Positions 1 through 13,067 of a stretch of 64,000 nt of DNA are shown in pieces; the stretch's first letter is position 1; the number at the start of each line of letters is the position of its first letter. Below the pieces are notes generated by a model. That model did no database searches. It was not told where the DNA came from and was given only the letters and a program-made list of their open reading frames with translations. Position numbers and translations under genes: made by a program. This stretch comes from Eledone cirrhosa (taxonomy: Eukaryota). Location: contig OZ024742.1 in the NCBI GenBank assembly GCA_964016885.1, forward strand, positions 434,001 to 498,000, given 5' to 3'.

Positions 1-379
1 AAGGGAAGCAGACGACATATACACATGTATATAAATATATATAATAATAATAATAATATATATATATATATATATAAGGATTTACAGAAACCCAAGAAGC
101 TAGATATACCATCTCTCTAGTGGGTCCGGGTATGCTTTTTACATTCATTTGTTTTATTGATTTATTGATAATTTATCTGAGTGTCCCGAATCTTCCATAT
201 CGCAATTTTTCGGTTGTTTGGTTGATTGTAGACATATTCTACGTGTGACGGTATTTTAACGATAGTTATAGCTCTGATTTATTTGAATTATAGAGCCCTC
301 TGCCGCTCATCTCGAATTTTGTTTATCGTGAACTCGTGCGCCGATTTTTCGATACTCGATTATTCTACTATATATATAT

Positions 380-417
<38 letters not shown>

Positions 418-559
418 GTGTATACAGATACAGACGCATATACAAACTCACACACGCATATGTGCACATACACACACTCACATGTTAATAGATTTTACTC
501 TTATTTGAACGCTCACACACGCACACATGTTAATAGTTATATGTCATGTATCTTTGACA

Positions 560-945
560 GTATCAAAAGACAGTGTCTTTCACTCTCTCTCCCGCTATCC
601 CCCTCTTGTAGTCTGTCTCTTTCTTTCACTCTCTTTCTCTCTTTGTAACTTACATTCTATCGAAAAACGCTGTGACGAATGGGAGAAGGAGGAAGAGGAG
701 AAAAAAGCCACTTCGTCACTTCGCCTCACCGTTTCTTTCTCTCCCCTCTCACTCCCTCATTATGTTGAGACATTGGTCACTTCACTAATTCTATCCCTAG
801 GACAGAATAATTTGAAATTTCTTTTTGCTCAAAACACTTCCGGGGTCATATTTATTACACGTGTAAAGTTTGAAAAAAACCGTTGGGTACTTTTCGAGTT
901 TTAGGGAAACAGACACACAGAGATCCTCTGTTTTATATATATAGA
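560..945 (-). mobile_element. Non-autonomous Helitron, 5' portion (copy A; left boundary approximate)
   Basis: Minus strand reads A|TCTATATATATAAAACAGAGGATCTCTGTGTGTCTG from 945: a 5'-TC terminus followed by a GTCT/GTGT microsatellite, typical of Lep1-like Helitrons. 793-945 is closely similar to 1742-1898. Confidence 0.6.
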
Positions 946-948
946 TCA

Positions 949-1098
949 CTAGCAGAATGGCCCGGCGTTGCTCGGGATTTGCTCTAGGGTTCTTATATAT
1001 TTGATATATATTTATCCTTATCGAGCCTCGTGAAATAAATACGTTTGTTTATATTTTGTTATTGTGTATGCAAAAATATCTGTACACGAATATATAAT

Positions 1099-1151
<53 letters not shown>

Positions 1152-1898
1152 CAGATTAAAGTTTAGGCAAAGAATCACTGCTTTCACACTTAACGGGATC
1201 TTCTGAAACTAAAAAAAATCAATCTGTGAACGCAGAAAATGAATCGCTGCTTTTACCCTTAACGGAATCTACCTAAAAGCAGTATGAAGTATACTAAGAC
1301 TAACTGATGTAATCGTTGGCCTTGTTTGTTTATATTTTGTTTTTGTGTATGCAAAAATATCTGTACACGAATATCTATATTAAAATAATATATTAATGTT
1401 TAAGCAAAGAATCGCTGCTTTCACCCTTAACGGGATCTTCTGAAACTAAAAAAAAATCAATCTGTGAACGCAGATGTAAATATTTCGAAAAACGTTGCAA
1501 CAGAAGGAAAACAGGAAGACGATACTTTGGTTCGTGAAGACGCTCCCTGTATATATATATATATACACACACACACTATATATATATATATATATACACA
1601 CACTGATCGTGTCATAATGTCGTAATGCAGACAGCCAGGCATACAGACATATTATGAAGGCGCGACGTCATATCTATGTATCTATCTAAAAAGAGAAAGA
1701 CTAAAAGAAAGAGAAAGAGATCGCTAAATCGCCTAATACGGTCCCTAGGACAGAATAATTTGAAATTTTTTTTTTGCTCAAAACGCTTCCGGGGCCATAC
1801 GGGTTACATGTCTAAAGTTTGAAAAAAACGGTTGGGTACTTCTCGAGTTTTAGGAAAACAGACACACAGACAGACATCCTTTGTTTTATATATATAGA
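949..1898 (-). mobile_element. Apparently complete ~950-bp non-autonomous Helitron (copy B)
   Basis: Minus strand starts TCTATATATATAAAAC at 1898. It ends with a GC-rich hairpin (CCCGAGC-AAC-GCCGGG, 961-976), then ~8 nt, then CTAG|T at 949. No TSD. Internal direct repeat ~1044-1235 vs ~1323-1473. Confidence 0.75.
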
Positions 1899-2289
1899 CT
1901 AGCAGAAAGCCACCCGGTGGGCGGTTTTCTGCTAGCAAATCTAGTGTATATACTGATATTGTTGAGATTTGGATGAGAAATGTTTTCGGCACCACATGTT
2001 CACCGTCTCTCGGTGTGTCTTTTATGCATGTATAAATATATGTTATCTATACGGTGAAATCTTTGAAATAAATATATGTTAAAACGAAAAAGGAGAAAAA
2101 GAGATTAGTGACGGAAATATAAACGTTATGATACATAAACGTTATGATATAACGATGGAAATATATAAATGTTTACGATAAAACGATGTAAATAGAAACA
2201 TTTATATATAATAAGCCGAAACACTCGTAAGTCGAAATGTATAAATAAAGATTAATGTAATGAATTTGAAAAGCATAGAGATTTGAAAT

Positions 2290-2635
2290 CGCGTCTATTT
2301 GTTTCCTTGGCATTTTTTACAGACGGACAGACAGACAAACAAACAGAGAAATGCCCATTATATATTATAAGTAGACTTGGCATGGTGTCAAGTCAGAACC
2401 GCCTCGAACTGGTTACTTCTGGCTTGTGCAAGGTGTCTCTATAGCAACCAGCGATTCCCTCGGCCTCAGTGACCAAAGTCAGTGGAGAGGGGAAGGTAAT
2501 GTTTCTATAGCGACAGTGTTTCTCTTGGTAGTACCAAAGTGGAGAAAGGAAAGGGAAGGTAATATTTCTGTAGCATCTACATTTGAGTTTTAGGGAAGGA
2601 CAGACAGACAGACAAACAGAGATATGCCCATATAT
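2290..2635 (-). mobile_element. Degenerate Helitron-family 5'-end fragments
   Basis: Two segments (2310-2370, 2585-2635) have GACA/AACA microsatellite plus 'gagttttagggaa' or 'atgcccattatatattataag', resembling the 5' ends at 900-945 and 1845-1898. Confidence 0.4.
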
Positions 2636-3077
2636 TTCTGTGTGTGTATATATATATATATATTACACACACAGAAATGTATATATATTTCTGTGTGTAT
2701 ATATATATTACACACATAGACATGTATATATATTTCTGTGTGTATATATATATATTTCTGTGTGTATATATATATATATATTACACACACAGAAATGTAT
2801 ATATATTTCTGTGTGTATATATATATATTACACACACAGGAATGTATATATATTTCTGTGTGGATATATATTCTGTGTGGATATATATTACACACACAGA
2901 AATGTATATATATTTCTGTGTGGATATATATTCTGTGTGGATATATATTACACACACAGAAATGTATATATATATTTCTGTGTGGATATATATATATATT
3001 ATACACACAGAAATGTATATATATTTCTGTGTGGATATATATATATATTATACACACAGAAATGTATATATATTTCT
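2631..3077. repeat. ~45-bp self-complementary minisatellite (TTTCTGTGTGT-(AT)n-TTACACACACAGAAATG)
   Basis: About 10 tandem units. Each has TTTCTGTGTG and its reverse complement CACACAGAAA around an (AT)n spacer. Confidence 0.9.
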
Positions 3078-3194
3078 TAGAACAAAATTATTATTAATGT
3101 TTTGCTGTTCATAACAATTGGAATTGAAAAATTACTTTTGAAATTATTAGTTATTTTACTAATGCTTAGATATGTAAAAATGAAGCAATGTTTC

Positions 3195-3390
3195 TAATAA
3201 TTGTTTCTACTTTTGGCACAAGGCCAGCAATTATCCAGTACATTACTGGTACTTTATTTTATCGACCCCGTGAGGATGAAAGGCAAAGTTAACCTCGGTG
3301 GTATTTGAACTCAGACCGTAAAGGGTCGTAACTCCATGCTATGAAGCATGGTGTCCGACTCTCTACAGATTCTGCCAATCCACCGCCCTA
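3195..3390 (-). mobile_element. tRNA-derived SINE, family 1 (central domain resembles Meta-SINE type), near full length
   Basis: Minus strand: GGGCGGTGGATTGGCAGAATCTGTAG (A-box like) ... GAGTTCAAATACC (B-box) ... GGTTAACTTTGCCTTTCATCCTCACGGGGTCGATAAAATAAAGTACCAG ... AT-rich tail. Similar copies at 4790 and 6323. Confidence 0.85.
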
Positions 3391-3605
3391 ATGTCTGTAC
3401 GTAATGAGGGAGTGAGAGGGGAGAGAAAGAAAGGCAGAGGTGAAGTGACGAAGTGACTCTCTCCTCCTCCTCCCCATTCGTCACAGCGATAGAGGGGAGG
3501 AATGTTAGTGTGTTACAAAGAGAAAGAGTGAGAGTGAGAGAAACAGACAGACTAAAAGAGAGGGATAGCTGGAGAGAGAGAGAGAGAGATAGCAACAGAT
3601 ACAGT
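3390..3605 (+). repeat. Inverted copy of the Helitron-associated segment at ~570-775
   Basis: 'taatgagggagtgagaggggagagaaag...gaagtgacgaagtg...cccattcgtcacagcg' is the reverse complement of 668-765. Confidence 0.75.
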
Positions 3606-3619
3606 ACAGTAGCTAAGGG

Positions 3620-4150
<531 letters not shown>

Positions 4151-4379
4151 GCACTGCTCAATTCCCCCTCTCTCCCTCCCGCTATCCCCCTCTTGTAGTC
4201 TGTCTCTTTCTTTCACACTCTCTCTACGCGTGCGCAAAAATCATTCGCACGCGCGCACGTGTTTCCACTGTCGGACAGAGAGAAATTGGTGGTTATATAT
4301 TATAAGGAAATTACGTTTTTTTTTTTCTTCCTGTTTTTACAGGTTTTACAAGAGGGTATGTGTGGCTTCATTAACATTC

Positions 4380-4450
4380 CTTTAATTATAAGATTATCAC
4401 CTTTAATTATAAGATTATCACCTTTAATTATAAGATTATCAACTTTAATT
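4380..4450. repeat. 21-bp tandem repeat x3 (CTTTAATTATAAGATTATCAC)
   Basis: Three consecutive units visible. Confidence 0.9.
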
Positions 4451-4789
4451 AATTGTTAATCCTTCATATCTGACATGTAAAGATTTAACCTGTTCAGATA
4501 AAACCTTAATACCTACACAATTTGGTGTCAGTGACAATACAAAACTATTTAATATGTAATTATTACAAGTCTGTTGGTTAATGGTCAGTGGTGACATGTG
4601 AAATGGACACAACTGCTTGACCCTTTCTAACCTGTTCATCATCAACTTGGGGAGGGGGGGGGGGGGCATTGTTTTACAGTTGGATCCTCTTCCTGACATC
4701 TAGCAGGGAAAGCGGATGTTAACACGATGATATATATATATATATAGAATAAGGAAAAGCGAAGTAGTTTCAGATGTTCAAGTCTTTTA

Positions 4790-4968
4790 ATAATAATTGT
4801 TTCTACTTTAGGCACAAGGCCAGCAAATTACCCAGTACATTACTGGTACTTTATTTTATCGACCCCGTAAGGATGAAAGGCAAAGTTAACCTCGGCGGGA
4901 TTTGAACTCAAAATGGCAAGGGCCGTAACTCTATGCGTCAAAGCATGGCGTCCGACCCTCTACCGATA
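4790..4968 (-). mobile_element. tRNA-derived SINE family 1, slightly 5'-truncated
   Basis: Highly similar to 3195-3390; reverse complement of 6327-6505. Confidence 0.85.
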
Positions 4969-6322
4969 AATGCTGTGATATATATTTCAATGACGGCACT
5001 GGCCACACTGTTCTGTGTGCGAGTGTCGTGACATCGTCAGACAGTTTGTTACATAATAAGGTTATGTTTCCGAGGCAATCCAAATTGAATCGACATGGGA
5101 ACGGACGAAGTGTGTGCTTTTGGGTTTTTCATCCGTTCCCCTGTGAGTACCAATTCACCAGCACCGGTCTGCGCAGACGCATGTCCGAAGGAAGTTGACC
5201 ATTAGCTACCGCAGATTTCAACGAAATTCGCTTAGTCAATTCCCCCTCTCAGCCAAACAATGGCCCACCTAGGCCTGTACCGTAGTTTACTGCTACCCAT
5301 CCCGTCTGTGGCAGTCAGTCGAAAGCCAGAGGGAATGGGAGAGTGTTAGTTTTTACAGGTCACAATACTACCTCTCACCAAGCATGGACAGTACAACTGA
5401 CCCCTAAGAGAAAATATACTTAATTCTAGGTATCATCGTTTTACATTGGAAGTTATGAGTGAGAGTTGGAAATAAAAATTTAAATTTAAAATCGAAAATC
5501 CTAAATCAAATATCAGAAATTATAAATTAAAAAATTAAAAAATTAACAATTAGAAATTAAAACATTTTTCAAGTGAGAATCCGGATTGAGGTGAGTAAAA
5601 AAAACAGATTGAAGTGAGTAAATAATATGCAGAGGGATGTTTAAGTAAGAAGTTCTGAAAGGGGTTCTAATGTCACAGTTACACTATCCACATATTGAAC
5701 AATAGTACCGTACATTAGAACGGAGGGTAAACTACAGTATTAAAGGCAGTAGTCAATCTGGTACACAGTCATAATTTCCATCACATGGAACAAAACCCCA
5801 AAAAACCATATCAAGTACACAAAAGAAAAGAACCAATAATGAATAAATGCAAAAACAATCTGTCAATGTATAGATTGAAATGAGGGGGCTTCTGTTCAAA
5901 TGCGATTTGGTGCAGGAAAATAGGGGTTTATCTTAGTTTTTGTTTCCGCGTATTTATCCTGCCGAAAGTTATTATGTCCGTCCAGTTTCAGGGGTTTCCA
6001 TCCCCATGGTAGGGGGAATTTCCTGGTGTAGCTCGTGGTTGGTTCCTCTCTTCTCCACCATATCGGTTACATCATAGAGCGCTCAACTAATTGGAGCTAA
6101 ATTCTTAGGGTAAACATTGATGCAATTCAATTCAAGCACTCAACGTACTTTTTCCACATAGGAGTGACGGAGTAAATATCGAATAAGGAAAAGCGAAGTA
6201 GTTTCAGATGTTCAAGTCCTTTAATGATAATGCTGTGATATGTCTGACGATGTCGCGACACTTGCACACAGAACAGTGTGACCACTGTCGCCATTGAAAT
6301 ATATATCACAGCATTATTATTA

Positions 6323-6507
6323 GGCAGTATCGGTAGAGGGTCGGACGCCATGCTTTGACGCATAGAGTTACGGCCCTTGCCATTCTGAGTTCAAATCCCG
6401 CCGAGGTTAACTTTGCCTTTCATCCTTACGGGGTCGATAAAATAAAGTACCAGTAATGTACTGGGTAATTGCTGGCCTTGTGCTAATAGTAGAAATAATT
6501 ATTATTA
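6323..6507 (+). mobile_element. tRNA-derived SINE family 1
   Basis: GAGTTCAAATCCCGCC B-box, GGTTAACTTTGCCTTTCATCCTTACGGGGTCGATAAAATAAAGTACCAG central domain, (ATT)n tail. Confidence 0.85.
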
Positions 6508-6644
6508 AAAGTCTTGAACATCTGAAACTACTTCACTTTTCCTTATTCGATATTTACTCCGTCACTCCTATGTGGAAAAAGTACGTTGAGTGCTTGAATT
6601 GAATTGCATCAATATTTACCCTAATATATATATATATATCGTCC

Positions 6645-6902
6645 AAACTAATGAGGTCGTGTAGTGTCACAACAAAAAAACACACAGTCCACGCTGTAAT
6701 GTGGCCATGTAGGTAACACGGTAAAAACCTCCCAGTCCACACTGTAAATGTGGTTGGTGTTAGGAAGGGCATCCAGCTGTAGAAAACCCGCCAGACAGTC
6801 CTATACGAGCTAGACAGTAACCTGACCAATCTTGCCTCAAATGGGACAATTCCCGTCCAACCCAGGCTAGCGTGGAAGATGGACGTTAAATGATGATGAT
6901 AT
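6645..6902 (+). mobile_element. RTE-LINE 3' UTR fragment
   Basis: Matches 17140-17396, including GGTTGGTGTTAGGAAGGGCATCCAGCTGTAGAAAACC, and ends GGACGTTAAATGATGATGAT. Confidence 0.85.
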
Positions 6903-7591
6903 ACACACACACACACACACACACACCCTCATGGGATGGTGACCTGTATAGACTTCGAAGAAATTTTAATTCATTTCTATCACTGCTCACTCGCCTCCAG
7001 GTGTATTTCTAGCGTCCAAAATATTAAGACTCTTTTCCCATTATATCAAGTGTAAAACTAATATATTTCTTCATTGTACTGTGTTGTTTACTTTGTTATT
7101 TCTGTTTGCCTTCTATATATAAAATCTGTAACAGTAATATTCCTATATTCATAATAGAGGTGTATACAAAAACATGCGTAAAATATTTGTGTAATAAAGA
7201 TGTTTTTTATGCAAAAAGTATATAAGCAAGAGCTTATCCTTGTCTCAGTAGCAAATAAGTACACTGCAGCAATGAGAGATAAAAAACTATCCAGAAACAT
7301 ATACCTGACATTCTCACATGGCTACTGAAGGAGCTGGGACATGATCACGGCTTTAAATATTTATATTGAAACTTATGTATGTTTATTATACATAAACATG
7401 TTGTATATAACTTTATATACATCTCTACTTATACACACATACATACACACGTTTTCATTCGCGCGTGCGTGCGTGTATACCAAAATCTAAACAAAAACAG
7501 ACATCTGAATGAATTGATTATCAAGATTATATATATATATATATATATTGTACTGCCTCTCTGTTTTGTCCCTGTTCAAAAAATTTTTTAC

Positions 7592-7630
<39 letters not shown>

Positions 7631-7634
<4 letters not shown>

Positions 7635-7845
7635 TCATCGTTTTACGTCCATTCTTCCACGCTAGCATGAGTTAGACAGATTGTCCTGTTGTGGGCAGTG
7701 TCCGGTCGGCTGACCTTGTCTTCCTCATACGGGAACTGATTCTGGCTTGATTTCTACAGCTGGATGCCCTTCTTAATACCAACCTCATTTACAGTGATGC
7801 TGGGTGCTTTTTTCCGTGGTGCTTACACGCCCACTTTACAGTGGG
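7631..7845 (-). mobile_element. RTE-related 3' end fragment (related subfamily)
   Basis: (CAT)n tail then 'ttttacgtccattcttccacgctagcatg' and 'ttctacagctggatgcccttctt'. Similar to 15910-16075 and 29171-29310. Confidence 0.7.
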
Positions 7846-7945
7846 AGGGGGCATATTGTGTATATATATAGTGTAGGCAGTACAGTGAAATAAAGGTGTT
7901 GGTACCAAACCAAACACTCTATGCAAAGGCAGAGTGTATATAATA

Positions 7946-10900
7946 ATAGGAGTTATGGACCTGACTCCAGTAGATTGGTTCAAGCTGACCGATAGGAGTT
8001 ATGGACCTGACTTCAGTAGATTGGCTCAAGCTGACCGATAGGAGTTATGGACCTGACTTCAGTAGATTGGTTCAAGCTGACCGATAGGAGTTATGGTCCT
8101 GACTTCAGTAGATTGGTTCAAGCTGACCGATAGGAGTTATGGACCTGACTTCAGTAGATTGGTTCTAGCTGACCGATAGGAGTTATGGACCTGACTTCAG
8201 TAGATTGGTTCAAGCTGACCGATAGGAGTTATGGACCTGACTTCAGTAGATTGGTTCTAGCTGACCGATAGGAGTTATGGTCCTGACTTCAGTAGATTGC
8301 TTCAAGCTGACCGATAGGAGTTATGGACCTGACTTCAGTAGATTGCTTCAAGCTGACCGATAGGAGTTATGGACCTGACTTCAGTAGATTGCTTCAAGCT
8401 GACCGATAGGAGTTATGGACCTGACTTCAGTAGATTGCTTCAAGCTGACCGATAGGAGTTATGGACCTGACTTCAGTAGATTGCTTCAAGCTGACCGATA
8501 GGAGTTATGGACCTGACTTCAGTAGATTGCTTCAAGCTGACCGATAGGAGTTATGGACCTGACTTCAGTAGATTGCTTCAAGCTGACCGATAGGAGTTAT
8601 GGTCCTGACTTCAGTAGATTGGTTCAAGCTGACCGATAGGAGTTATGGTCCTGACTTCAGTAGATTGGTTCAAGCTGACCGATAGGAGTTATGGTCCTGA
8701 CTTCAGTAGATTGGTTCAAGCTGACCGATAGGAGTTATGGACCTGACTTCAGTAGATTGGTTCAAGCTGACCGATAGGAGTTATGGACCTGACTCCAGTA
8801 GATTGGTTCAAGCTGACCGATAGGAGTTATGGAGCTGACTCCAGTAGATTGGTTCAAGCTGACCGATAGGAGTTATGGACCTGACTCCAGTAGATTGGTT
8901 CAAGCTGACCGATAGGAGTTATGGACCTGACTTCAGTAGATTGGTTCAAGCTGACCGATAGGAGTTATGGACCTGACTCCAGTAGATTGGTTCAAGCTGA
9001 CCGATAGGAGTTATGGACCTGACTCCAGTAGATTGGTTCAAGCTGACCGATAGGAGTTATGGACCTGACTTCAGTAGATTGGTTCAAGCTGACCGATAGG
9101 AGTTATGGACCTGACTTCAGTAGATTGGTTCTAGCTGACCGATAGGAGTTATGGTCCTGACTTCAGTAGATTGGTTCAAGCTGACCGATAGGAGTTATGG
9201 ACCTGACTTCAGTAGATTGCTTCAAGCTGACCGATAGGAGTTATGGACCTGACTTCAGTAGATTGCTTCAAGCTGACCGATAGGAGTTATGGACCTGACT
9301 TCAGTAGATTGCTTCAAGCTGACCGATAGGAGTTATGGACCTGACTTCAGTAGATTGGTTCAAGCTGACCGATAGGAGTTATGGACCTGACTTCAGTAGA
9401 TTGCTTCAAGCTGACCGATAGGAGTTATGGACCTGACTTCAGTAGATTGCTTCAAGCTGACCGATAGGAGTTATGGTCCTGACTTCAGTAGATTGGTTCA
9501 AGCTGACCGATAGGAGTTATGGTCCTGACTTCAGTAGATTGGTTCAAGCTGACCGATAGGAGTTATGGTCCTGACTTCAGTAGATTGGTTCAAGCTGACC
9601 GATAGGAGTTATGGACCTGACTTCAGTAGATTGGTTCAAGCTGACCGATAGGAGTTATGGACCTGACTCCAGTAGATTGGTTCAAGCTGACCGATAGGAG
9701 TTATGGAGCTGACTCCAGTAGATTGGTTCAAGCTGACCGATAGGAGTTATGGACCTGACTCCAGTAGATTGGTTCAAGCTGACCGATAGGAGTTATGGAC
9801 CTGACTTCAGTAGATTGGTTCAAGCTGACCGATAGGAGTTATGGACCTGACTCCAGTAGATTGGTTCAAGCTGACCGATAGGAGTTATGGACCTGACTCC
9901 AGTAGATTGGTTCAAGCTGACCGATAGGAGTTATGGTCCTGACTTCAGTAGATTGGTTCAAGCTGACCGATAGGAGTTATGGACCTGACTTCAGTAGATT
10001 GGTTCAAGCTGACCGATAGGAGTTATGGTCCTGACTTCAGTAGATTGGTTCAAGCTGACCGATAGGAGTTATGGACCTGACTTCAGTAGATTGGTTCAAG
10101 CTGACCGATAGGAGTTATGATCCTGACTTCAGTAGATTGGTTCAAGCTGACCGATAGGAGTTATGGACCTGACTTCAGTAGATTGGTTCAAGCTGACCGA
10201 TAGGAGTTATGGTCCTGACTTCAGTAGATTGGTTCAAGCTGACCGATAGGAGTTATGGACCTGACTTCAGTAGATTGGTTCAAGCTGACCGATAGGAGTT
10301 ATGGTCCTGACTTCAGTAGATTGGCTCCAGGTGACCGATAGGAGTTATGGACCTGACTTCAGTAGATTGGTTCAAGCTGACCGATAGGAGTTATGGACCT
10401 GACTTCAGTAGATTGCTTCAAGCTGACCGATAGGAGTTATGGTCCTGACTTCAGTAGATTGGCTCCAGGTGACCGATAGGAGTTATGGACCTGACTTCAG
10501 TAGATTGGTTCAAGCTGACCGATAGGAGTTATGGACCTGACTCCAGTAGATTGGTTCAAGCTGACCGATAGGAGTTATGGACCTGACTCCAGTAGATTGG
10601 TTCAAGCTGACCGATAGGAGTTATGGACCTGACTCCAATAGATTGGCTCCAGGTGACCGATAGGAGTTATGGACCTGACTCCAATAGATTGGCTCCAGGT
10701 GACCGATAGGAGTTATGGACCTGACTCCAATAGATTGGCTCCAGGTGACCGATAGGAGTTATGGACCTGACTCCAATAGATTGGCTCCAGGTGACCGATA
10801 GGAGTTATGGACCTGACTCCAATAGATTGGCTCCAGGTGACCGATAGGAGTTATGGACCTGACTCCAGTAGATTGGTTCAAGCTGACCGATAGGAGTTAT

Positions 10901-12032
10901 GGACCTGACTCCAGTAGATTGGTTCAAGCTGACCGATAGGAGTTATGGACCTGACTTCAGTAGATTGGCTCAAGCTGACCGATAGGAGTTATGGACCTGA
11001 CTCCAGTAGATTGGCTCAAGCTGACCGATAGGAGTTATGGACCTGACTTCAGTAGATTGGTTCAAGCTGACCGATAGGAGTTATGGACCTGACTTCAGTA
11101 GATTGGTTCAAGCTGACCGATAGGAGTTATGGACCTGACTCCAATAGATTGGTTCAAGGTGACCGATAGGAGTTATGGACCTGACTTCAGTAGATTGGTT
11201 CAAGGTGACCTATAGGAGTTATGGACCTGACTCCAATAGATTGGTTCAAGCTGACCGATAGGAGTTATGGACCTGACTCCAATAGATTGGTTCAAGGTGA
11301 CCGATAGGAGTTATGGACCTGACTTCAGTAGATTGGTTCAAGGTGACCGATAGGAGTTATGGACCTGACTCCAATAGATTGGTTCAAGCTGACCGATAGG
11401 AGTTATGGACCTGACTTCAGTAGATTGGTTCAAGCTGACCGATAGGAGTTATGGACCTGACTTCAGTAGATTGGCTCAAGCTGACCGATAGGAGTTATGG
11501 ACCTGACTCCAGTAGATTGGCTCAAGCTGACCGATAGGAGTTATGGACCTGACTTCAGTAGATTGGTTCAAGCTGACCGATAGGAGTTATGGACCTGACT
11601 TCAGTAGATTGGTTCAAGCTGACCGATAGGAGTTATGGACCTGACTTCAGTAGATTGGTTCAAGCTGACCGATAGGAGTTATGGACCTGACTCCAGTAGA
11701 TTGGTTCAAGGTGACCGATAGGAGTTATGGACCTGACTTCAGTAGATTGGTTCAAGGTGACCTATAGGAGTTATGGACCTGACTTCAGTAGATTGGTTCA
11801 AGCTGACCGATAGGAGTTATGGACCTGACTTCAGTAGATTGGTTCAAGGTGACCTATAGGAGTTATGGACCTGACTTCAGTAGATTGGTTCAAGCTGACC
11901 GATAGGAGTTATGGACCTGACTCCAGTAGATTGGTTCAAGGTGACCTATAGGAGTTATGGACCTGACTTCAGTAGATTGGTTCAAGCTGACCGATAGGAG
12001 TTATGGACCTGACTTCAGTAGATTGCTTCAAG
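7946..12032. repeat. 46-bp satellite, ~89 copies (GATAGGAGTTATGGACCTGACTTCAGTAGATTGGTTCAAGCTGACC)
   Basis: Period 46 (units at 7991, 8037...). Head-to-tail, no spacers, a few recurrent SNP variants. Confidence 0.98.
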
Positions 12033-12664
12033 TTGGCCAATAGCATTTCTCTCTGCTTTTCAGCCCCTTGGATTGTGTCTATTATTATATTCCTTTGTTG
12101 GATAAATTTCGGAATACCTGATGATGTCACCGGATTCATACTGAACCCAGTCATTGAATTGTTCATTATATAATAAGGAATTACACCAGTCCAGCCTCCT
12201 GTTATTTTATAATAATCAACTCCATACTTGCACCATCAACAACATAAACGAAGACGAGTGAGTTGCATTACGTCGAGTGCTCTCCCTAATATTACATCGA
12301 GGATGACTATACGGTATGACCAGTTCTATCCAGTGGTGAGCCAACAAACCTAAATAAATATATATATACACACACACACACACCCATACATGTGTTTATA
12401 CAAGTGTGTATGTGTTACATAAGTCAGTCTATCAAATATATATATAACTATATCAAGTGCTACCTTCTTAATGACACAAACACACACACATCAATATAAA
12501 CACTCACATATATACAAACACGCCTGCACACAAACACATTACATATATATATATATATATATATATATAACCAAAGATTAGTATGGTTCATTGATTACTG
12601 AACGAATAAAATTTTATAATAGATTAGAAGCACTCAAAGAGTAAAGGTTTTCCTGGAGTTTTTA

Positions 12665-12901
12665 ATATTATTCAAAATGTTAACAAATGAAAATTATTCT
12701 CATAATCAAAATATATACTTTAATATATATATTTCAAAGGTACTGTGTTGTTTTTTCAGTACGTCCTCATCAGACAAAATATATGATTTGATATATGACA
12801 TACCACTACGGTCTTGATTATTCAATTCCAGTACCTTTGAAATATATATAATAAAGTATATATTTTGATAATGAAAATATTTTTCATTTGTTAACATTTT
12901 G

Positions 12902-12909
<8 letters not shown>
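12665..12909. repeat. Inverted repeat with ~80-bp arms (12665-12745 / 12829-12909)
   Basis: 'atattattcaaaatgttaacaaatgaaaa...tttcaaaggtactg' pairs with 'cagtacctttgaaa...ttttcatttgttaacattttgaataatat' with a few mismatches. Confidence 0.9.
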
Positions 12910-12937
<28 letters not shown>

Positions 12938-13067
12938 CATTATGAAGAGAGAAGAAACATTTAGATATAATTAGTAATAAAATGTATCATACCTAAACTG
13001 CTCCTAAATTCCTCGACTACGTAGTTTCGTGGCATAAACAAAAACAATATATCAAAGATATAGAGTC

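Noticed and set aside
7946-12032. CRISPR-like regular repeat (also 21554-25378 and 62957-64000)
   Set aside because: Monomers are directly head-to-tail with no unique spacers, there are no cas genes, and the context is eukaryotic.
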